From the NCBI GenBank assembly GCA_046497275.1, contig JAWOFX010000078.1, positions 3,024 to 67,023 of the forward strand: a stretch of 64,000 bases of DNA, read 5' to 3'. Position 1 is the stretch's first letter. Each line of letters opens with the position of its first letter. Under the pieces are notes generated by a model, which was given only the letters and a program-made list of their open reading frames with translations, did no database searches and was not told the DNA's origin. Source of the stretch: Promethearchaeia archaeon (GTDB lineage Archaea > Asgardarchaeota > Lokiarchaeia > Sigyniarchaeales > SOKP01). Positions 32,530 through 42,467 of this stretch are shown here, piece by piece. The position numbers and the translations under genes were made by a program.

Positions 32530-32943
32530 TTGGAAAAAAAGAAATTAGTTGCGCGATGTGGGTTATGGTGTGGTGCATGTAGAGCATATTTACTTAAGAA
32601 AAAAGATATGTTAGAAGAAAAAGGTTATAAGCGAGGTTGTAATGGATGTTGGATTCAAGATAAAAATTGTGCGTTTTTGAGGAAAAAATGTGAAAAATTA
32701 GGAAATAATATTGATTTTTGTTTTGAATGTGAGGAACTGCCATGTGCTGCTTTAAAAACATTGAATGATACATACATGACTAGGTACAATGTAAACCTTG
32801 TTGAGAATCTCAAAAGAATGAAACAAATTGGAATTGATGAATGGATTAAAGAACAAGAGAATTTGTATATATGTCCAGAATGTGGAGGTGATCTCTGCCT
32901 ACATGATAAAGAATGCTTTGATTGCGGATATAAATTTAATTGA
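32530..32943 (+). CDS. DUF3795-like Cys-rich protein with C-terminal zinc ribbon
   Basis: CGLWCGACRAYLL...CNGC...CAFLRKKC...FCFECEELPC; CPECGG...CFDCG. Confidence 0.75.
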   Translation: MEKKKLVARCGLWCGACRAYLLKKKDMLEEKGYKRGCNGCWIQDKNCAFLRKKCEKLGNNIDFCFECEELPCAALKTLNDTYMTRYNVNLVENLKRMKQIGIDEWIKEQENLYICPECGGDLCLHDKECFDCGYKFN

Positions 32944-32963
32944 ATTATTTAATTGATTAGAGA

Positions 32964-33446
32964 GTGATTAGAATAGAAAGCGATACTATAGAATTATTAT
33001 CGTATTGTGGGTTATATTGTGGAGCATGTCCTTCTTATTATAAAGGAACATGTTTGGGTTGTAGAAATGAAGATCCTACCCAGAAAAGGAAATCGAAATG
33101 GAATTGTAAAATTCGTGTCTGCTGTTTAAATGAAAAAGATGTCCGCTATTGCGGAGCGTGTTCTGAATTTCCCTGTTTGAAAATTTCTAAGAAGCTGATT
33201 AAGTCTCATCCAAAAGATCCTAAATTTTTTTATAGACATGAGATACCTGAAAATATGAGGGAAATAAAGGAGATTAGTATTCCTAAATGGCTTGAGAAGC
33301 AAGAAGAGAAATGGAAATGTAATGAATGTGGCGGAATGATCACATTCTACGATTATAAATGTATGAAATGTAATAAAAAATCTGAAGCAAAATTTTTGAA
33401 TAAAGAAGGTGATAATAATAAAGATAAAAGATGGGGAACCTCTTGA
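32964..33446 (+). CDS. DUF3795-like Cys-rich protein with C-terminal zinc ribbon, tandem paralog
   Basis: CGLYCGACPSYYKGTCLGCR...CRIRVCCLNE...YCGACSEFPC. Confidence 0.75.
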   Translation: MIRIESDTIELLSYCGLYCGACPSYYKGTCLGCRNEDPTQKRKSKWNCKIRVCCLNEKDVRYCGACSEFPCLKISKKLIKSHPKDPKFFYRHEIPENMREIKEISIPKWLEKQEEKWKCNECGGMITFYDYKCMKCNKKSEAKFLNKEGDNNKDKRWGTS

Positions 33447-34086
33447 TTTAGATGAAATTCGAAAGAAATTTATTAAATATACCCGAAAAGGATTTCAATT
33501 AATACCTAAAATTGAGAACCCAAAAATTTTAGATGTTGGATGTGGAACTGGTGTTCCAACTATAGAATTGGCAAAGATAAGTGGAGGAGAAATAATTGCG
33601 ATGGATATAAACGCTAAAGAGTTGAAAATTTTAGATAAGAAAATTATTAAACAAAAATTGAATAATCAGATAAAAACAATTAATAGATCATTATTCAATA
33701 ATAATTTTAAAGATCAATCATTTGATATTATTTGGGCAGAAGGGGTTTTTCATATAATAGGATTTAAAGAGGGATTTGAAGCTTGTCATAGAATACTTAA
33801 AGATAAAGGATTTCTAGTTTTAAACTCAGAGATTAAAAAGATAAAGGACCATTTAAAAAATTTAGACTCCTTGGATTATAAACTATATGATTGCTATAAA
33901 TTACCCGATGAAATATGGTGGGATGAATTTTATGAACCTTTAGAGAGACATATCAGAAATATAGTAAACAGGAATCCAAATCTTAAAAGTAATAAACAGA
34001 TACGAAGATTTCAAGATGAAATTGCTATGGTGAAATCAAATCCCAAAGATTTCGATACAGCTTTTTATATTTTACAAAAAGTTTGA
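33409..34086 (+). CDS. Class I SAM-dependent methyltransferase
   Basis: ILDVGCGTGVPTIELAKISGGEIIAMDINAKEL. Confidence 0.88.
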   Translation: MIIIKIKDGEPLDLDEIRKKFIKYTRKGFQLIPKIENPKILDVGCGTGVPTIELAKISGGEIIAMDINAKELKILDKKIIKQKLNNQIKTINRSLFNNNFKDQSFDIIWAEGVFHIIGFKEGFEACHRILKDKGFLVLNSEIKKIKDHLKNLDSLDYKLYDCYKLPDEIWWDEFYEPLERHIRNIVNRNPNLKSNKQIRRFQDEIAMVKSNPKDFDTAFYILQKV

Positions 34087-34143
34087 AAAGAATGTGGTAA
34101 AAAATGAATTTTTTATAATAATAAGAAAAAATTCATTATCTTA

Positions 34144-35118
34144 TTAACCATAAAATCTCTTGAATATTAAGCAAAGATGATAATGAAGCCACCAATGAAG
34201 ATTTGGAAATGATTTAGCTTTGAGAATATAAAAATCCCAAGAACCATCTTTTTTCTGAGTTTGGAGAAAATAATGCAATGCTTGATCTATATTTGGGTTA
34301 TCATAGGAAAAATCCATAATCGATAATGAATCTAATGCTGAAATTAGATCGGTCCACCAAAAAGGATAAGAATATTTGGTCCAATATTCCCTAGCACTTC
34401 TTGCAGAGTATAGGTCTTTTGTAAAGAAGCGAATAGCCAAAAGTTTTCCCGCTTTTTTTGCAGAAGGATGGTTTTTATAATTTGGATGTTGAGAAAATGC
34501 TCGCAGAACGATACCAGTGACCCAATGGCAAAATGGAAGATTTTTATCGGGCACAATAGGATCCTCATCATATAATTCAATAGGTTTTTTAGATATTTGA
34601 GGCATTTCCATAGGTAAGATCCATCCCCCCTCTTCTTGTTCAATGTAAATTAGCCATTTGAATGATTTTATCACTCTTTCATCATCATAATACCCGAGCC
34701 TACATAATAATTCTAAGATAGCAGAATTATAGTTCGGAGAATATTGATTACCATAAATTCCTCGAAAATCTCCCTCCTTAGTTTGAGTTTTAAATAAGAA
34801 ATCAGCAGCCTTTCTCATAGGAGTGAAATAATTATTCATATCGAAGAAAGTAATTAGTTGTGCGACGTGACGATAAGTCTCTAACAATTCATAATTTGTA
34901 TTAATTCCTTTATGTTGTTTTTTCCTTTTATCGGGCCAGGAACCATCATCTTGTTGATAACGAAGAATTTTTTGAGCTCGATCAGTTTCCCATAAAGATT
35001 TGGGTGGTCTGCTACTTTTTTCAAGAAGATATTTTTCTACATGATATTGAACAAGCTCATCTTTAATGCGCAATAATGACGTGAGAGGGTTATATTTAAA
35101 TTGTATTATCCATTTCAT
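34144..35118 (-). CDS. Alpha/alpha-toroid (prenyltransferase/squalene oxidase repeat) protein
   Basis: QW-like repeats ILRYQQDDGSWPD, YIEQEEGGWILP, FLQTQKKDGSWDF. Confidence 0.65.
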   Translation of the reverse strand: MKWIIQFKYNPLTSLLRIKDELVQYHVEKYLLEKSSRPPKSLWETDRAQKILRYQQDDGSWPDKRKKQHKGINTNYELLETYRHVAQLITFFDMNNYFTPMRKAADFLFKTQTKEGDFRGIYGNQYSPNYNSAILELLCRLGYYDDERVIKSFKWLIYIEQEEGGWILPMEMPQISKKPIELYDEDPIVPDKNLPFCHWVTGIVLRAFSQHPNYKNHPSAKKAGKLLAIRFFTKDLYSARSAREYWTKYSYPFWWTDLISALDSLSIMDFSYDNPNIDQALHYFLQTQKKDGSWDFYILKAKSFPNLHWWLHYHLCLIFKRFYG

Positions 35119-35237
35119 TTGGTTGCCCTACAATCTATAAGAAGAATTAATTATTATATTACTCTAAAGAAATATGAATTAAGAAATTTAATCATCATAT
35201 TAATTGAAACAAATTAAAACACATCAAAAAATTACAT

Positions 35238-36380
35238 ATGTCGCATACGAGTAAATTAAACTATGCTTTGGTGGGATACGGATTAAATGCTATGGGTCAT
35301 AAGATGGAACTTGAGTCTCATCCACTATTAAAGGGTAGGACAAAATTAATTGCTGGATTTGATCCAGATCCAGAGGCGAGGAAAAATTTAAACAATGAGG
35401 AGGGGATTAAGGTGGCCGAATCATATGAAGATCTTCTAGATACTTCTGGACTTCATGCCGTGTTAATTTGCAGTCCTCCCCAATATCATGCCACACAAGC
35501 TATTGCTGCTTTAGAAGCGGGATATCACGTCTATTCAGAGATACCTATGAGCATTAAAATAAAAGATATTGAAAAAATAATTGAGGCTGAAGAAAGCTCA
35601 AAAAAAGTATATCAACTAGGAGAGAATTATTGTTTTTATCCCGAAGTTCTTTATGCGGGTTATCTTGCTTCTTCTGGAAAGATTGGACCATCTGTGTATG
35701 CCGAATCAGAATATTTACATGATATTACATATAGATGGCGAGAAAGTTGCCGAGGGGGAATAGAAACCCCAAGAGTAGATTCATGGTATCAATTATTTGA
35801 TCCTTTAATGTATGCCCATTCAATTGGTCCTGCTCAAGCAGCATTAGGAGGGATCGATAGTCCTATGCCATTTATTGAGGTTGTAAGTTATGCGAATGAT
35901 ATTGGAGGATATGAAGGCTCTCCCATATGCAGTCCAGCAAAATCTTTTCATGTAGGCTTATTCAGAACTGAATCAAATGCTATCGCAAAGTGTGCCAATG
36001 CGTATGTTTTTGCTCGTGAACCGACGAGAATTACAATTCAGGTAGTTGGAAGATTGGGAACATATGAATGCTATGAAATTGGGAGCCCTGGTAGACTCTT
36101 TCTGGCAGAGGATCATGAAATAACTAGATCTCGTCATAGAAAAGGCAAGTCAAGAACCGTAGACAAAGAAGCGCTTTCTGAAGTGATTGAACCAGTAGAA
36201 GGATTATATTATGGTGGTCAAGCCCGGATTGTTGACAATTGGCTGACATCCATCGAGAAGAATAAAGAATCACTGCTTCATGCGAAATTTGGAGCTAATT
36301 TCTGTCATTCTGGAATAGCAGCGTCAAAATCAGCTCAATCGGGGGGAAAAAAAGAAAAAATCAAGATATACACACAATAA
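35238..36380 (+). CDS. Gfo/Idh/MocA family oxidoreductase
   Basis: YALVGYGLNAMGHKM..., AVLICSPPQYHATQAIAALEAGYHVYSEIPM. Confidence 0.9.
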   Translation: MSHTSKLNYALVGYGLNAMGHKMELESHPLLKGRTKLIAGFDPDPEARKNLNNEEGIKVAESYEDLLDTSGLHAVLICSPPQYHATQAIAALEAGYHVYSEIPMSIKIKDIEKIIEAEESSKKVYQLGENYCFYPEVLYAGYLASSGKIGPSVYAESEYLHDITYRWRESCRGGIETPRVDSWYQLFDPLMYAHSIGPAQAALGGIDSPMPFIEVVSYANDIGGYEGSPICSPAKSFHVGLFRTESNAIAKCANAYVFAREPTRITIQVVGRLGTYECYEIGSPGRLFLAEDHEITRSRHRKGKSRTVDKEALSEVIEPVEGLYYGGQARIVDNWLTSIEKNKESLLHAKFGANFCHSGIAASKSAQSGGKKEKIKIYTQ

Positions 36381-36427
36381 ATTATTAAACTTATTTTCTC
36401 ATAAATCAAAAATTTGTTTAGAAAAAT

Positions 36428-37429
36428 TTAATTTTTTTTATGTTTATTTAGGATATTATCAGGTAAGTGGATTGCAAATTTACATTCTAATGCCCCACTA
36501 AGTGCAGTTTTTACTGGTTCTACGTTTATCGGTTGTTCTAAAATTTGATCCCAATAAAGTTTATACCAACCTGCACTGCAATGACAAAAATCTTCAGTAA
36601 TTTCCTTTTCAGTGCCCTCTTTTAATGCGCCTCTTATCCAAGGACAATAGCATAGGAAATATTTTTTCATTCGTTCATCTTTGGCATTGAGAAATTCCCT
36701 CATTTGGTAAGGTAATTTTGAGACATATATGATATTTCCCTCTCTAATACCTTCAGCAATCATCTGATTGTTTTTTACTATTTCTATAATTTCCTCATCA
36801 ATTTTTTGAGCGAATTCTAAAGTTCCCTCATCTCTATGTTTCTCGAGTCGTTCGATTAAAATTTTATGTTTGTGTTCCAAAAAGCCATCAATCCCCAATT
36901 CTTTAAGAAGCTCTTTATCCCCCTCAATATCATCTGGAGGGCGCCCATGTAAACATGGCGATAGAAGGTCAATGATTTTTTCATCATCAAGTTTGTCTTT
37001 AAGTCTTTTTAAAATCTCTTTAGTAAATTTTGGTTTCTTTTCAGGATGAGTTCCCAGTGGAGGGATGGTCAAACCATTAAAAATTTCATCTCTTAGAGTC
37101 TCTCCGTGGAAATCTGCTACCCTCAGAAACAAATTATCCATCGCATTATAAGATTCACTAATATCTATTACTTTAGTAATAAATTCATATTTTTTCGAAA
37201 AATTTCCATAGTGAATTATTGCCCTAAGGAAATTTAAAACAGATTCTCTCTCTGATAAGAGAAGGTATTCAGAATAGTCATAAATTGTATCTGGTTGAGT
37301 TTTTTCAAGGGTTAGACCTTTCTTAGAGAGAAATTTCTCATAATTTCTTATGGATTTAATAAATTTCTTGATTCTGTCACTCTCAATTTTTTCCTTTATC
37401 AAATACTTTTTAAATTCTTTTTCATCCAT
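36428..37429 (-). CDS. Conserved Cys-containing hypothetical protein
   Basis: CYCPWIRGALKEG...FCHCSAGWYKLYWDQIL...VKTALSGALECKFAI. Confidence 0.6.
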   Translation of the reverse strand: MDEKEFKKYLIKEKIESDRIKKFIKSIRNYEKFLSKKGLTLEKTQPDTIYDYSEYLLLSERESVLNFLRAIIHYGNFSKKYEFITKVIDISESYNAMDNLFLRVADFHGETLRDEIFNGLTIPPLGTHPEKKPKFTKEILKRLKDKLDDEKIIDLLSPCLHGRPPDDIEGDKELLKELGIDGFLEHKHKILIERLEKHRDEGTLEFAQKIDEEIIEIVKNNQMIAEGIREGNIIYVSKLPYQMREFLNAKDERMKKYFLCYCPWIRGALKEGTEKEITEDFCHCSAGWYKLYWDQILEQPINVEPVKTALSGALECKFAIHLPDNILNKHKKN

Positions 37430-37490
37430 AATTAATCTAATAATTAGATATTATAGTAAAAATATTATTATTTTAGATATAAGTCAGTTA

Positions 37491-38063
37491 TTACTTCATA
37501 TTTTTAATCTGCGGATATCTAAAGCAATAGGTAAGATGATCATTGACCATACCAACTGCTTGCATATAAGCATAAATTATAGTTGGTCCAATAAATTTAA
37601 AGCCTCTTTTCTTCATTTCTTTACTTATTTTTTCCGATAAGAGTGTTTTGCTTGGAATTTCATCTAATGATTTCCAATCGTTTTGGAGCGGTGAATAGTT
37701 CACATATTTCCAAATATAATTATTGAAACTACCAAATTCTTTACGAATCTTGATGAAATTTTTAGCATTATTAATTACCGATCTAATTTTGAGCTCATTT
37801 CTGATGATTCCCTTATTAGTTAATAATTCCTGTACTTTTTTCTCATCATAAGATGCTATCTTTTCAAAGTTAAAATTATCAAATGCTTTCCGATAATTCT
37901 CTCTTTTCTTTAAAATAGTAATCCAACTTAAGCCCGCTTGAGCTCCTTGTAGAATAAGTTGTTCAAATAAATTAACATCGTCATGAATTGGAACTCCCCA
38001 CTCTTCGTCATGATAAATCTTCATAAGTTCATTATTATTTGCCCATTTGCATCTATCTACCAT
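37491..38063 (-). CDS. tag: DNA-3-methyladenine glycosylase I
   Basis: CKWANNNELMKIYHDEEWGVPIHDD...FEQLILQGAQAGLSWITILKKRENYRKAFDNF; HLTYCFR. Confidence 0.95.
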   Translation of the reverse strand: MVDRCKWANNNELMKIYHDEEWGVPIHDDVNLFEQLILQGAQAGLSWITILKKRENYRKAFDNFNFEKIASYDEKKVQELLTNKGIIRNELKIRSVINNAKNFIKIRKEFGSFNNYIWKYVNYSPLQNDWKSLDEIPSKTLLSEKISKEMKKRGFKFIGPTIIYAYMQAVGMVNDHLTYCFRYPQIKNMK

Positions 38064-38208
38064 ATTTATCGTAATATAAAAATAATCTATGATTCTTATT
38101 TATTATTGATTAATTTTTGAAGTTAAATTATCTCAAAATACTTTTAAATTTAAACTTAAATATTCTCACTTATATACTTCTAATAGTTAAAATCAATTTA
38201 TTTGGATA

Positions 38209-38919
38209 TTGAAAATGGCATTAGACCCGATTGTAATAATTAATGGTGTTTCTAGTTTAATTTTTGTGATAATTTGTATCTTAGTTGGTATTTTTATCAT
38301 AGGCAACTATTTTCAACATAAAAATAAAAATTTGATATATGTTGGATTAGCTTGGATAGGATTGTCTGAACCTTGGTGGTCTTCCTCGTTCTCTTTTGTA
38401 GTCGCTCTTTTTAATGATTCAGGTCTTAGTAATGAGATTTATCTTTTTATTGGAAATGCATTTCTCCCCATTTTCGTATTATTTTGGTTAATAGCAATGG
38501 GGAATCTATTAGATTGGAAATGGAAAAAATATATTTCATTAATATATTCTATTGGTGCTATTATATTTGAAATGATCTTCATATACTTTCTTTTCACCGA
38601 TTATACTATCATTGGTAAAAAGGTTGGTCCCGTTGACATAGATTTTGAATTGATTACTATATTGTTTCTTTTTGTAAATCTATTATTATTTTTTGGTTCA
38701 GGAATATGGTTTGCTGTAAATTCTTTAAAGTCTGATCAGGAACGATTAAAATTAAAAGGTAAATTTCTCTTAAGTGCATTTATTATTTTCTTAGTTGGAA
38801 CCGCCTGGGACATTATCGCAACCAATATCTTTACACGATTACTACTGGTTATTAGTGCTGTTATTTTCTATATAGGATATATTTTACCTCCTAAAATAGA
38901 AAATTTCTTTATAAAATAA
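38209..38919 (+). CDS. Seven-TM-like membrane protein
   Basis: Multiple hydrophobic segments. Confidence 0.55.
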   Translation: MKMALDPIVIINGVSSLIFVIICILVGIFIIGNYFQHKNKNLIYVGLAWIGLSEPWWSSSFSFVVALFNDSGLSNEIYLFIGNAFLPIFVLFWLIAMGNLLDWKWKKYISLIYSIGAIIFEMIFIYFLFTDYTIIGKKVGPVDIDFELITILFLFVNLLLFFGSGIWFAVNSLKSDQERLKLKGKFLLSAFIIFLVGTAWDIIATNIFTRLLLVISAVIFYIGYILPPKIENFFIK

Positions 38920-39187
38920 CAAATGAACTCAACTTTCTTTTTTTTTATTAAATTAGAATGGTATAAATGAAGTAGACAGATTGATTTAAAAAATAAGACT
39001 ATTTTCCTTTTAGCTGACTTGCTTAAAATGTGAAAATAAAATTTAAATAATATAGACTAAATTTAAAAATAATATTATATATTTCAAAAAAAAGATATTA
39101 TCTCTATTAGGTAAAAATTAAGAACAGTGATCTTCTTTAATGGTACTTGAAAGTTCTTAATTTTAAAAATCAGCCAAAGTAAGAATT

Positions 39188-39997
39188 ATGAAAACTGTTG
39201 TTGTATTATGTTTACCTCGTACGGGGTCTAGTCTTTTAGCTGGTATTCTGCATCGACTGGGTATCAGAATGGGTTCAAGTATGGATTTAGTGCGAGGAAA
39301 ACATGCAAACAAATATGGAGCTTATGAGAATCAAGATTTTTTCAGAACTAATATTAGAATTCTCGCATTGGCAGGAAGTCCAACTTTAGCATGGGCAGAC
39401 ATCCCTGATGCAAAAAAAGTGAAAACTACATTCCAAAAATTTGAACTCAAGATTCAGCAAATAATTCATAAGCATGAACGCGAGCTATGGGGGTGGAAAG
39501 ATCCCAACGTTATCTATACTCTTCCTTATTTTGAAAAGTATTTGGAAAATCCTCATTATATTGTTTTAAAACGTGATATTGAAAGTATAGTAAAATCTCA
39601 CTTAAAATTATCAAAATTTGGGAACTGGAACAATGTCATTTCATATTATATGAATTATATGAATATAAAAACAGTTTTCTACTTTTTTTGGTATATTTTT
39701 AAGTATTTTATTTCTAATATTAACGTATTTAATAATGAACAGATTTATCGAGAAGTTACGACAAAAGGATATGAGAAAATTGAAGAATTTGTAAAAGATA
39801 AAAAGCATATGGAAATATATTTTAATGATTTAATCAACAATCCTACCCAAAGGATTAATCAGATTGTTGAGTTTCTCGATATTGAACCCACAAATCAGCA
39901 ATATAAGAATGCGAAAGTTTTTATTGACAAAGATGAGGTTCATTTCCGTAAAAAACCGAAAAAAAGATTCACTCGGAAAAAAAAATGTATTGGTTGA
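39188..39997 (+). CDS. Sulfotransferase family protein
   Basis: VVLCLPRTGSSLLAGILHRLGI (PAPS loop), WGWKDPN, HYIVLKRDIESIVKS. Confidence 0.8.
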   Translation: MKTVVVLCLPRTGSSLLAGILHRLGIRMGSSMDLVRGKHANKYGAYENQDFFRTNIRILALAGSPTLAWADIPDAKKVKTTFQKFELKIQQIIHKHERELWGWKDPNVIYTLPYFEKYLENPHYIVLKRDIESIVKSHLKLSKFGNWNNVISYYMNYMNIKTVFYFFWYIFKYFISNINVFNNEQIYREVTTKGYEKIEEFVKDKKHMEIYFNDLINNPTQRINQIVEFLDIEPTNQQYKNAKVFIDKDEVHFRKKPKKRFTRKKKCIG

Positions 39998-40173
39998 GAT
40001 GTCATAAGTTAGGTAAATACAAAATTTTAGATTGATTCAAAATCTGTTAATCTATTTTTAGAGTATTTAGGGCATTTATATTTTAGAAATAAAGATTAGG
40101 ATACCAGTAAACTTTAAATATAATCTTATTAGATTTTATAATCGAATCCAATTAAAAAAGAAAATAGGAAAAC

Positions 40174-40656
40174 ATGACTCAAAATTGGAAAATTGGTTTA
40201 ATTGCTGGAATTTTAGGTATAATGGCATTCTTCATTCCATTATGGATTATGATTATTGTAGCGGAACCCTCCCTAGGTGATATAAGACTATATCCATATA
40301 GCGTATGGTATTGGGGTCTGGAATTATTACTTGGAACTGGAAACATTAGAATTGATCTGACAATCGATATATTTGCGTTGCTAACAGCAATTGTTTGCTT
40401 ATTTTTGGCTATAATTTCTTTAGTTCTGTCTATTCAAGCTAGAAGATCGGGTATAATAAACGCACTGCTATGGTTGATCATTGGTCTGATATTAATTATT
40501 TTTCCTCTTGGTGAATTAATATATGATTTTATTGCGATAGGTGATGAACCCGTATCTCTCGGAGGGGATTATAGTTTTATTCCAATACCTTTCGCTCCAA
40601 TATTTCTCATAATTGCAGGAATAATCGATATGTTCATCGGATATAAAGCAAGATAA
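40174..40656 (+). CDS. Four-TM membrane protein
   Basis: Hydrophobic segments. Confidence 0.5.
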   Translation: MTQNWKIGLIAGILGIMAFFIPLWIMIIVAEPSLGDIRLYPYSVWYWGLELLLGTGNIRIDLTIDIFALLTAIVCLFLAIISLVLSIQARRSGIINALLWLIIGLILIIFPLGELIYDFIAIGDEPVSLGGDYSFIPIPFAPIFLIIAGIIDMFIGYKAR

Positions 40657-40850
40657 ACCAAATGAATTATTAAGAATATTTTTTAGTTAATATTTAAAAA
40701 TGCGTTAGAAAAGTCCTTTTTAGTTCATTTAATCTTTATGAAGAGGATTTTGATTCGTTTATGTCTAATTAATGAAGCTTTAATTTCATAATTTCTTAAG
40801 AATCAGGTTTAGTAGACTTTAGGTTGATTGTGGTTATTGGGTCACAGTTA

Positions 40851-40868
40851 TGTCACGGAGTGGTGACA
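40851..40868. promoter_or_regulatory. Palindrome TGTCAC-n6-GTGACA immediately before an A/T-rich ATTTAAATAT box
   Basis: Read directly; about 200 bp upstream of the actin ATG. Confidence 0.35.
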
Positions 40869-41066
40869 ACATTTAAATATGATTATTTCTAGTTCTTAAT
40901 TAGGAAAAATTTTATTAATCAAATGGAAGGTTTAGAATTGAGAATTTTATTAACTCTATTCCATACTCCGTTTGTATAATAAGAGATTTTAATTAAGTCT
41001 CGAGTAAGAAAGCTTGAGAACAATATTAAATATATAAAATAGAAAAATAATAAGTGAGGAATAAAT

Positions 41067-42206
41067 ATGGCTGAAAATGAACATTTAGGAAAGCCTCTTG
41101 TAATAGACAATGGGACAGGCATCTCTAAGAACGGTTATGGGGGTGAGGACCAACCGCGTTCAGTGTTTCCTACCGTTTTGGGAAAACCAAAATATGGAAA
41201 TATAATGATGGAATTGAAAGATTTTGCACGAGAATGGTATGTTGGTCAAGATGCGATGGAAATGAAGGGTGTGATGAAATTAAACTTTCCTATATCCCAC
41301 GGAAAGGTTATGGATTGGCCTGCTATGGAGCGTATTTGGCATTATACGTTTTATTCAGATTTGCGAGTGGATCCTTCTGAACATCCAGTTTTACTAACAG
41401 AAGCTCCTTTAAATCCAAGAGATAATAGGGAAAGAATGGCAGAAACGATGTTTGAAACATTCAATGTCCCAGCATTTTATATCGCAACTCAGGCAGTTCT
41501 TTCTTTATATTCATCAGGGCGCACCACTGGAACAGTAATAGATATAGGTGATGGAGTTTCTCATATCGTTCCAATTTACGAAGGATTTGCGCTAAACCAC
41601 GCGATTGAAAGAATCGATCTTGCGGGAAGAGACATAACCAGATATCTAAAAAGATTGTTAAGACAAAAAGGAGTTTCGCTCACCACTTCCGCTGAAGTTG
41701 AAATAGTAAGAGAGATTAAAGAAAAACTTTGTTATACTGCTATAGATCCAGAAAAAGAGATCATGCTCTCGAAAAAAATCGCAGGAATGGAAAAAGGATA
41801 TATGCTGCCTGATGGTGAGACTATTACTGTGGGAATAGAGAGGTTTTTAGCACCAGAAGCTCTCTTTAATCCCACGGTTATTGGTAAGGAATTGGAACCA
41901 TTAGATGATTTAATTGTGAATTGTATTAATGAATGTGATTTAGATCTAAGGAGAGATTTATTTAGTAATATTGTATTGTCCGGAGGGTCAACTATGTTTC
42001 CAGGATTGAAAGAGCGACTTACCAAGGAAATTAAGGAGCAAATCCCTGAATCGGTAGATGTAAGAATTATAGCCCCACCCGAAAGAATGTATTCCGTATG
42101 GATTGGTGGGTCAATTTTAAGCTCTTTGAAGACTTTCAATCGAATGTGGATAACTCGGCGCGAATATAAAGAAATGGGGCCACAAGTTATTCATCGATGT
42201 TTTTAA
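41067..42206 (+). CDS. Asgard actin homolog (lokiactin)
   Basis: LVIDNGTGISKNGYGGEDQPRSVFPTVLG, LLTEAPLNPRDNRERMAETMFETFNVPAFY, VLSGGSTMFPGL, C-terminal HRCF. Confidence 0.98.
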   Translation: MAENEHLGKPLVIDNGTGISKNGYGGEDQPRSVFPTVLGKPKYGNIMMELKDFAREWYVGQDAMEMKGVMKLNFPISHGKVMDWPAMERIWHYTFYSDLRVDPSEHPVLLTEAPLNPRDNRERMAETMFETFNVPAFYIATQAVLSLYSSGRTTGTVIDIGDGVSHIVPIYEGFALNHAIERIDLAGRDITRYLKRLLRQKGVSLTTSAEVEIVREIKEKLCYTAIDPEKEIMLSKKIAGMEKGYMLPDGETITVGIERFLAPEALFNPTVIGKELEPLDDLIVNCINECDLDLRRDLFSNIVLSGGSTMFPGLKERLTKEIKEQIPESVDVRIIAPPERMYSVWIGGSILSSLKTFNRMWITRREYKEMGPQVIHRCF

Positions 42207-42266
42207 CCCTCTAATCTATGCAATTTTTTTTTTATTAATTAAAAAATAAATGAAGAGGTGTATTGA

Positions 42267-42467
42267 ATGGTAAAAATAAAAATTATTGATGGTATTCCAT
42301 GTATTATATTAGAAGAAGATTTAGAAAATAAAAATAATAAATTTATTGAATGGAAAGAAAGAAATAATATGGCTTTTTTTTTCGGTATAAATGAAACGGA
42401 TTCATTAAGAGAAGCATTAAAAAAAATTAAAGATAATTTAGATAAAAACACCACTAAAAGAAGATAA
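42267..42467 (+). CDS. Small hypothetical protein in the actin gene cluster
   Basis: 66 aa, MVKIKIIDGIPCIILEEDLENK; stop overlaps the next start. Confidence 0.6.
   Translation: MVKIKIIDGIPCIILEEDLENKNNKFIEWKERNNMAFFFGINETDSLREALKKIKDNLDKNTTKRR

Noticed and set aside
37350-37640. 96-aa plus ORF
   Set aside because: Overlaps two minus-strand genes with strong assignments.
41732-42139. 135-aa minus ORF inside actin
   Set aside because: Antisense to lokiactin.
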